From Deltaproteobacteria bacterium (GTDB lineage: Bacteria > Myxococcota_A > Polyangia > Polyangiales > Houyiibacteriaceae), in NCBI GenBank assembly GCA_034670305.1, contig JAXMNT010000006.1, positions 96,001 to 160,000 of the forward strand: a DNA stretch of 64,000 bases. The letters run 5' to 3'. This document shows, piece by piece, positions 11,001-17,361 of the stretch. The stretch's first letter is position 1; every line of letters begins with the position of its first letter. The notes under the pieces are model-generated. The model saw only the letters and a program-made list of their open reading frames with translations, ran no database searches and was not told the DNA's origin. Position numbers and translations under genes: made by a program.

Positions 11001-11203
11001 TCGCGCGCGGACTTGCCGAGGGAGCTGCGCGGGACATCGCGGAAACAAGTCTGTACTGGATTCGAGGAATGACCGGTGCAGGAGAGGTGCTTCAATCCGA
11101 CTATGACGGAGGGCGAGCGACTGCGGATCTCGTGATAGCGCTTCTGGGGTCCGTCGCTGGACGGGCCTTATCTGTCGCGACAAGGCAGGGGGGAGGGCTG
11201 TAA
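8027..11203 (+). CDS. Rhs/YD-repeat polymorphic toxin, apparently 5'-truncated and frameshifted before its C-terminal protease domain
   Basis: YD repeats; Rhs core GFTGKEGDDEVGLVYFGERYL...GRWASADPL; DPTGL cleavage motif at 10706-10720; AT-richer CT after it; no N-terminal delivery domain. Confidence 0.85.
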   Translation: MEYGALCTQSCDPLDNGSFGDPDISRTPYDSAIFEDTCAWAFVDGHGRGIDQVLHNARPGVSGTVEEYYRLWTAYRADGSVLSVTRAETATTDPDDRTAVVGSDGESHTLTRTFLYDSLGRRIAGTDPDSDGRGGTEDERRWRYLYSRVGDLVAVRDPRGCGANFYYDRAGRLLGEDYVTCGEAQHSFEDPNEALPDTGAVGLGNLEMPGLQQVDARYYFDVAPSFATGDMSPPSGTNFLGRLTGSSDRGQRSVVDYDDRGRAYWSARQMALLPDALTIPATLSGDDPVLYDEGDLGSVPLREWDTEHTYVSTTLFNRLDMVVDRTYPTDPDWDGVGTAPVVRGTMLYNRRGLPQRAEVHLDSFSQRVVDNNYDENGLLHIAYFGTIPGTLGYNIYTLIDYDERLRPTRWRHTRHPDLQQGSLPELTAYGEIIDNRYFWDAANNLALVQNRSASTADEQEARDYLVHQDALYRVNMIEYEYRPETGTPDNVADATDWRDTQAANIGADPMRREPAPMLPTMEAERVKTLEYRHDWLANQVSWIDDTLGTSGEGNSFYERSIGQEGQLVNGADEDIGALRPAALYFSAQLPTSAPSFDAGIDRGGWVDLEYGESGNVEEMTVRARCHDASAMDVCYDDTSLALSSRETHAIAHCRCDREQHYQYRWDELNRLAEARRYDRAGTGVWTLEARQRYRYDAGNVRTVKLTSSGGIDRASLYVLPGDFERRGVAVDRDVMLGDAWRPAAGVNAESQYLVAGARVVWKHDMPLGSGGSGFETDARITVPLPDLLQTTVATVDLISGELLEVGTFYPSGNRETLRGRDSSGDGQTFQLEPMGFTGKEGDDEVGLVYFGERYLMPHLGRWASADPLQVHAGGGGEFGNSFHYVAGNLLQARDPTGLDFTEAGNDSEGNAQFVGSWENAQGERVATEVCSGAAGACLNQFQDQAFRSGFTSQYDALVQAFADLQSAISRIDDPNVRAMLLTSAAQAMAHGIARGLAEGAARDIAETSLYWIRGMTGAGEVLQSDYDGGRATADLVIALLGSVAGRALSVATRQGGGL

Positions 11204-11697
11204 GGGCAGGCGCTGATGTCGCGCGAGAAACGGTCGGAAGAAGGCAAACAAATCTCCCACTTAGACGTCAGTCTCAACGAAACAACTGCGTCGGAACTGT
11301 CTGCGGAATGATTCTTGACCGGCGCGACCCGGATCGTGTGATGACTGAGCTCGGTAAATACGTCGGACCCGGAGCCAATCCTGAAGGGGTGCCTGTCACT
11401 CGCTTGGTCAGTCTACTGCGTTCCAATAATATTAACGCCATGTTGCGGAGAGGATTAAGCACCAGTCAACTGGAGGATCTATCCAATTCCCCCCGTTCGA
11501 TCGTCGCGGTGATTCGATCCTCAACCGACCCCGACCTGAACCACGTCGTCATCGTGGATGGCCTCACCCAACGCGGGGGTAGGAGCGTAGTTGCTATCCG
11601 AGATCCTGGAACTGGGACTGCATACTTTGAATCGCTGACATCGTTTAGGAGGCGGTTTAGACAAGCCGGCTCGACGTATGTTAGCATTCTTGAATGA
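11191..11697 (+). CDS. Papain-fold/peptidase C39-like toxin domain, out of frame with the Rhs body
   Basis: Q-S-Q-R-N-N-C (Cys codon 11287), HVVIVDG, IRDP. The Cys lies upstream of the first start codon (11308), so the domain needs the upstream frame. Confidence 0.7.
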   Translation, partial: GRAVRAGADVARETVGRRQTNLPLRRQSQRNNCVGTVCGMILDRRDPDRVMTELGKYVGPGANPEGVPVTRLVSLLRSNNINAMLRRGLSTSQLEDLSNSPRSIVAVIRSSTDPDLNHVVIVDGLTQRGGRSVVAIRDPGTGTAYFESLTSFRRRFRQAGSTYVSILE

Positions 11698-12017
11698 AAC
11701 GATTTACGGGAACGCTCCGCGTAGACCTGCGTAGCAACGCCACTCTAGAACTTGAGAATCGTGGAGAAGTGCGCGTTGTCGCTCCAGTATTGATTGAATA
11801 TGCAATTTGTTCGGTGATCACACGGACTGGACCTCTGGCGATACTCGAGCCTGCTACAGTGTCGGGGATAGATGCTGGTTCCGCCATCCGTGATGTGATA
11901 GAGATCGTGATTGTCCAACATCCTGGTGTCGAAATTCGAGTGTTTGATCTCGAAAGATTGAAGTACACGGATCCCAAGTTGAGTGTTGTTGATGGCGTGG
12001 TTGTATTTGGCGCATAG
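11694..12017 (+). CDS. Putative cognate immunity protein
   Basis: 107 aa, ATGA overlap with the toxin-domain stop, same low-GC composition as the Rhs CT. Confidence 0.65.
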   Translation: MKRFTGTLRVDLRSNATLELENRGEVRVVAPVLIEYAICSVITRTGPLAILEPATVSGIDAGSAIRDVIEIVIVQHPGVEIRVFDLERLKYTDPKLSVVDGVVVFGA

Positions 12018-12037
12018 ATGTTGGCGGCCGTTGCCAG

Positions 12038-12926
12038 CAGCAGATCCGCCGGGTACAAGTCACGGTCTGGGAAGCGCTTCGCTTTGCTCCGTCCCGGGGA
12101 CTCCCTCCTGGCACGTTTTGAACGTGGTTTGAGCGTCTGATTGGGCTCGTTGCGCCCTTGCTTCGCGTGTCGCTCAGTCCGCTGGGCCGGATTCGGGCTT
12201 CCCAAGCTCTGTTTCGGTGCTTCGGCGTATCTGCCTCTTGCTCCGGACAGGTGTCTCAGCAGATCCGTCCCAGGTGCTCGCACTCCGGTCGGTCTCTGAA
12301 GGACCACTTTGGCTGGTGGGCATGTTTCTCCGCGCAGCAGCAGATCCGTCCCAGGTGCTCGGTGCAAGCAGCAGATCCGTCCCAGGTGCTCGCACTCAGG
12401 TTGGTCTCTGAAGGACCATTTTCACTGGCGGGCATGTTCTGAAGCGGGGAGAGCTGCTCTGCGCCTGTCACCGGCGAAGGAGCGCTTCGCGCGCTCCGTC
12501 CGGGGGACTCGCTTCTGGCACGGTTTTGAACGTGCTCTGAGGGTGTCGTTGGGTGGGTCGCGTCCTTGCTCGGCTCGTCGCTCGGTTCGCTCGGGCCGGG
12601 AATCGGGGTCCCGAACCTCTGTTTCGTGGGTTCTGCGACCTTGCGTCTTGCTTCGGACGTAGGTGTGCGCGGCTCGGGCTGTTGCCGGGCCGCGCTGTGG
12701 CTCTTGAAGCCCGCTGAGGTGGTTCAGTCGGGGTCTTCGTCGGCTCGAGGAGTTCCGCCTGGTCTGAGGAGGTCTCGGCGGACGGTGACTCGGTCGGTGT
12801 CGCTCAGGCCTCCCCCGCCAGCAGATCCGTCCCAGGTGCTCGCACTCAGGTTGGTCTCCTAAGGACCATTTTCACTGGTGGGCATGTTTCGAAGCAGGGA
12901 GAGCTGCTCTGCGCCGGTCACCGGCG
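12038..12926. repeat. Composite non-coding repeat array next to the HUH transposase
   Basis: 24-bp core CAGCAGATCCGTCCCAGGTGCTCG at 12257, 12338, 12369 and 12819 (partial at 12038); ~108-bp near-identical extensions 12369-12476 and 12819-12926; diverged ~185-bp unit at ~12072-12254 and ~12481-12666. Confidence 0.9.
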
Positions 12927-13042
12927 GCCCCGAATGTCGTGAACGAGACCCAGTTCTGCTCGGCCTGCGCTCGATCTGGGACTGCGGACGCAACGATGCG
13001 CCGCGCGGGACTCACGCACCGTGTTCGCAAACGCGGATGTGG

Positions 13043-14458
13043 CTACTGGGGTGGGTCGGAAGTCCCGAGTGGCCGGTCGCAAATCCGGGGTGGTCGGTCG
13101 GCACCTTCGGCGGCCTTGGTCGCTTCGGCTGATGCGCGTGGTCGACCACGTCGGGCGTCTCTCATGACGACGACGCGGCGGGCCTCGCTGGGCTGATTCT
13201 TGTCGAAGCTTCCTCTTGGGGGCACGGCCCCCAAACCCCGTCCGGTGACACCGCTGGCTCGCTTCGCGAGGCTGCGCGCTGTCGGGTGCTCGACCTGCGC
13301 TTCGGGTCGGTCGCTTTTCTCGAGCAACTCGGCCGGGACGCGCGGGGGCTCCGGTACGAACTCCATCGCTTCGGCGCGCACGACAGCCGCGGCCTCGTCC
13401 CTGAACGCGGTGCCGACTTCGGCAAGGACGCGCGCGACCTGTTCGTCGTCGGCGATGACGGGGTTCAGCCGGAGTTCGGCCTTCACCTCGTCCAAGGTGG
13501 GCTCGGGACCGGTGATGAGCAGGGCCGGATCGGCGGGCTCGACGTCGATCGGGAAGAGCTTCCGCATCTTGTACGTGCCGTACGGAAACGGGATCGGGTC
13601 GCCGGCGCGGAGCGCTTTCACACCAGCGCGGTGGGTGCGCCGAAACGTGGTGACCTCCGTCTTGGCTTGGATGTGCACGCGGCGTCCGGTGATCCCGGAG
13701 GCACCTTGCTTGTAGCTCGGAATGACTTCGCCGCCGGCCGTCCGACGGGTGCGGGGCTCGCTGTACGGGTGGATGCGTTTGATGCGTTGCACACCCATCA
13801 CCGGCCACTTGCGGGCCGCGTTCAGAGCTCGGATCGCTTCTCTCTGCAGCCGGCGCATGTAGTAGATCAGCTGGTCGAGATCGCCGTTGAACTTGCGGTA
13901 CAACCGGGCGGGCGGATTGAACCACACGTTGACGTACTCGTCGCGCAGCCTCGGATCGAAGTAGAACTCTGGACGCCGCACGCGGATGGGGAGCCCCTTC
14001 CACAACGAGAAGTCGAACACGAAGCCCGGCATGTCTTCGGGCCGCCTCACGAGACCAGCGGCGACGCATTGCACGGACTCGTAGACGAGGTGTGCGGCCT
14101 GCGCTTCGGCATCGAGCAGCCGCATGTGGTGGGTCGCACGGTCGTCGAAGATCTGACCCGGCTGGTCGTACCGCTCCCGGCCGAGCAGCGTGTTGAGCGC
14201 GCAACTCAGCTCGCCATGAAACAGCCGAAGGAACTCCGGGCGCTTCTCCTCGTTGTCGGTGAGGTCGAGGTGGTGGTGGTTGATGACCTTGGTCGCGCAG
14301 TGGAGTGAGACCCCCGTCTGCTGCTGCGCATGCCCCAGCGCGTACAGCCAAGCCTGGTCCACACCCGGATGCCAAGGAGCGAGGAACGCCTTCCGAAAGT
14401 TCGTACGACGCGTCAGCGCATAGCTCGCACCGCGTACGACTGGCCGTGCAGGAGACAC
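13043..14458 (-). mobile_element. HUH/Y1 transposase (IS200/RAYT-like), long form (~470 aa)
   Basis: N-terminal Y-x-[LI]-T-R-R-T; HUH motif NHHHL; Y...VAAGLV..PE..PG; likely GTG start at 14458. Confidence 0.8.
13215..13284. repeat. ~70-bp hairpin-containing dispersed element, copy 2 (inside the transposase ORF)
   Basis: Near-identical to 1693..1763. Confidence 0.9.
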
Positions 14459-14585
14459 GCTTCGCACAGAGCACACCCCGTACCGTCTCCGTTTCTCAGA
14501 CGTTTCAACAATTTCGGCTGGCGCCCGCCACCCAACCGCCGGCGGCCCGCCACCCCGAACGGCTGCGACCCAGGCAACAGACTTT

Positions 14586-14599
14586 CGAGCACCTGGGAC
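14586..14599 (-). repeat. Inverted 14-bp copy of the array core upstream of the transposase
   Basis: CGAGCACCTGGGAC is the exact reverse complement of GTCCCAGGTGCTCG. Confidence 0.8.
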
Positions 14600-14793
14600 T
14601 GATGAGCGCGGACGCACTCATCAGCGCGGACGCACGCGGCACATGCACAAGTTCATGAAATCGCGGTGCTGAACGGAGAACGTGTGTTTGGCTCATTGAT
14701 CTCGCGAGTGGGGATCGTCACCTCGGAACATGGGACACTTCTGGTCCGAGCACCAGTTCGCGGAGCAGTCGAAGTGCTCGGTAGGTTTCGGCC

Positions 14794-15207
14794 ATGACTC
14801 AGCGCCCTCAGGCATCGGTAGCGGAACTCGCGGATGCGATCGACTCATTGGCGCCGTCGTCGGACCCAGTTACCGAGCTGGCACGGAAGCACAGCTCACT
14901 TCCGCTCAGTGGAGATATGGGTGGCGTCATTGCCCTCACCAAATCTGGCGATATCGTTTGTCTTAGTTGGGAGGGGGACGTGGGTCCGCTGGACGATGTT
15001 CGCACTCGGGACGTCGCGCTCGCAGTGGGCTGCAAGCGCTTTCCGTTTCTCGAACGGTTCCTTCCCAGGCGGGAGCCGATGGACCCGACCTGCCCGGTTT
15101 GCGAAGGCAGCGGCGTCGAACCACTCACCGCCAACGTCGGTCTCGAGGGAATCGTCTGTTGGTGCGGTGGGCTGGGCTGGATCCCATCGGACTGGCCCAA
15201 CCGATGA
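14794..15207 (+). CDS. Small hypothetical protein with a C-terminal DnaJ-like Zn-finger motif
   Basis: CPVCEGSG...CWCGGLGW. Confidence 0.65.
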   Translation: MTQRPQASVAELADAIDSLAPSSDPVTELARKHSSLPLSGDMGGVIALTKSGDIVCLSWEGDVGPLDDVRTRDVALAVGCKRFPFLERFLPRREPMDPTCPVCEGSGVEPLTANVGLEGIVCWCGGLGWIPSDWPNR

Positions 15208-15358
15208 GCTCGCGGCTGATACGGCGTTGAGTCGTGCGTGGTCTGAGGGCGTGAAACAGCCGAAGAAACTCCAGCTGCGTCGGCCAGCGTTCCCGGCGAT
15301 GGACTCGAGCGAGTGGGGACGTTGCCGAGAATCGTGGAACGCGCGAATCAAGAAATGA

Positions 15359-15391
15359 AACTGCCCTCCCAGGAGGACCTGAGAGGGCAGT
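15359..15391 (-). terminator. Rho-independent terminator of tRNA-fMet
   Basis: ACTGCCCTC.CAGG / CCTG.GAGGGCAGT stem followed on the minus strand by TTCATTTCTT. Confidence 0.75.
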
Positions 15392-15399
15392 GACAAACT

Positions 15400-15476
<77 letters not shown>

Positions 15477-15490
15477 TCGAGTGGACGGCG

Positions 15491-15518
15491 ATTATAGAAA
15501 TCGGCGGTCGACTGTCAA
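15491..15518 (-). promoter_or_regulatory. Sigma70-type promoter of tRNA-fMet
   Basis: TTGACA-N16-TATAAT on the minus strand, then a GC-rich discriminator, ending 14 nt upstream of the tRNA. Confidence 0.85.
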
Positions 15519-15590
15519 GGCGCCGCGAGAAGATTGGCAAACTTCTTCGCGATGGACGGGAGAGGGCGTTGCGGAAACGGCGTGGGCTCC

Positions 15591-15660
15591 GGTTTCGGGG
15601 TCGGTTTCGGGGTCGGTTTCGCCTGCAGTTTCGGTTTCGGGGTCGGCTTCGGTTTTCGCC
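15591..15660. repeat. Hexamer tract (GGTTTC/GGGGTC)n
   Basis: Direct reading; immediately after the stop of 15662..16564. Confidence 0.8.
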
Positions 15661-15661
15661 G

Positions 15662-16564
15662 CTATGGAAGCCGCGCCAACACAGCGGCGTTTGGCCGGCC
15701 GATCACCACCCGGTCCACGCCCACCACGCCCTCGAGCCGCGTCGCTTCGATCATGATCTGCAGCCCGGCGGGCGCGACGTCGGTGGTGCCCCGAAGGATC
15801 ACCGTTCGCCCAGCACCCGCGACCTCCGCGTAGTGCGCATCGCCGCTTCGCACGCGGAGCAGACGCAGCGAACGTTCGCCGTCGACCCAGCCGTCGAAGA
15901 GGTTCCGGTCGATCGTCACCAGGCTCTCCGAGAGCTCGCTGAGATCCACCGCCCCCTGTGCGAGTCGCACGTTGGCGATGACGCCCTCGAGGTTGGTGCG
16001 CAGGCCGAGGCCGAACGTGTTGGTCGCAGACGTGTCCATGGCGCGGGTGGCCCGAACGTCGGCACACGCGGCGAGATCGCCCGCGTAGGTCTCGTGCGAC
16101 ATGATTGCGCAGTAGCGGTCTTCGGGCGGCAAGGGCCCGAACTGAACCTCTCCACCGGCAAAGGTCGGCACGCAGATCGGGCTGCGAAAGTTCACCGTCA
16201 TCTCGCTTGCACTGTCCATCTCGGTGACCGAGAAGACGGAGTCGAAGAGGTCCTCGCACCGCGTGACCGCGTCGAGCACGCCGGTACTTCCGGGCGCGTC
16301 TACGCCAGGCGCGTCGACCATCGGCGCGTCCACACCGGGCGCGTCCGCACCGGGCGCGTCCACACCGGGCGCGTCCACCGGCCCCCCATCGGTGCCGCCG
16401 CCATCCACGCCGCCGCCATCCACGTTGCCACCGTCGAGACCCGCGCCGTCCAGGCCGCCGAGCACATAACCGGACGAGTCGGGCAGACAGCCAAGCGCCA
16501 CCAACGACAGGGCGACGCCTACCGCACGTGCCGTGGCCCAAGCGCCTGTCGAGACTTCCCCCAT
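15662..16564 (-). CDS. Hypothetical lipoprotein with a DGG/DAPGV repeat linker
   Basis: ...LSLVALGC lipobox; five DAPG repeats. Confidence 0.7.
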   Translation of the reverse strand: MGEVSTGAWATARAVGVALSLVALGCLPDSSGYVLGGLDGAGLDGGNVDGGGVDGGGTDGGPVDAPGVDAPGADAPGVDAPMVDAPGVDAPGSTGVLDAVTRCEDLFDSVFSVTEMDSASEMTVNFRSPICVPTFAGGEVQFGPLPPEDRYCAIMSHETYAGDLAACADVRATRAMDTSATNTFGLGLRTNLEGVIANVRLAQGAVDLSELSESLVTIDRNLFDGWVDGERSLRLLRVRSGDAHYAEVAGAGRTVILRGTTDVAPAGLQIMIEATRLEGVVGVDRVVIGRPNAAVLARLP

Positions 16565-16619
16565 CGCGCCGAGTCTGACCGATCGCGCGTGCGCGGGCCA
16601 CGCGGGGACGCCGTCGCGT

Positions 16620-16970
16620 TCAGAACGCGGCTTGAAACGCCGCGAACGCGAGGATGAGCGAGAGCAGGAACGAGAGCGTGAGGAGGATCGCACCCAGGTA
16701 GAAGAACGGGAGCACCAGAAACTTCTGCGCGATGGACAGCAGATGGTGGTGTTCGAACGAGCGCTGGTACCACTCCTTCGGAAGCGCCCGCCGTGCCGCC
16801 GCGAAGAGGCCGGCGAAGTAGACCAGCTCGCACACGATGGCGACCAGGCTGAGCTGGATCATGAAGAGCCACCCGGACTCGAGCAGGTTGCCTTCCGCCA
16901 CATACGCGACCCCGCCGGAGAGCAGTGCGCCCAGTCCAAAGATCCCAACCACGATCGAAAGCTCCCGCAT
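16620..16970 (-). CDS. Small integral membrane protein (alternative start 17033)
   Basis: Three hydrophobic segments. Confidence 0.65.
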   Translation of the reverse strand: MRELSIVVGIFGLGALLSGGVAYVAEGNLLESGWLFMIQLSLVAIVCELVYFAGLFAAARRALPKEWYQRSFEHHHLLSIAQKFLVLPFFYLGAILLTLSFLLSLILAFAAFQAAF

Positions 16971-17106
16971 CGCCTCGTTTCTGAATACCGCGCGGGGGCG
17001 GGGCGCGCTTCCAGAGGCGCGCGTTTTGACCATCCGTCATCTGGGGGGGTGGGGCGGCGACAGGATGTCGCTGAGGCGGAGCCGAGGCCGATGCCGACGC
17101 ACCGTG

Positions 17107-17351
17107 GCCGAGGCCGATGCCGAAGCCGATGCCGATGCCGATGCCGATGCCGATGCCGATGCCGATGCCGATGCCGATGCCGATGCCGATGCCGACGCCG
17201 ATGCCGACGCCGATGCCGACGCCGATGCCGACGCCGATGCCGCGACCGCTTCCGGGACCGCCTCCGCTTCCGCTTCCGCTTCCGCTTCCGCTTCCGCTTC
17301 CGGGACCGCTTCCGCTTCCGGGACCGCTTCCGCTTCCGCTTCCGCTTCCGC
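17107..17351. repeat. Hexamer tract (GCCGAT/C)n followed by (GCTTCC)n
   Basis: Direct reading; just downstream of the kinase stop. Confidence 0.95.
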
Positions 17352-17361
17352 TACTGCTGGC

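Noticed and set aside
12257-12842. CRISPR array (four identical 24-bp repeats)
   Set aside because: Spacings of 57, 7 and 426 nt are irregular, the intervening sequences are themselves repeated, and no cas genes are present
14598-14660. Hammerhead ribozyme (CTGATGAG ... GAAA)
   Set aside because: CTGATGAG pairs with the downstream CTCATCAG, and the three required stems could not be built
1-15399. Prophage or integrase-bearing element with an att duplication of the tRNA 3' end
   Set aside because: No phage genes, integrase or second copy of the tRNA end found by eye within the window
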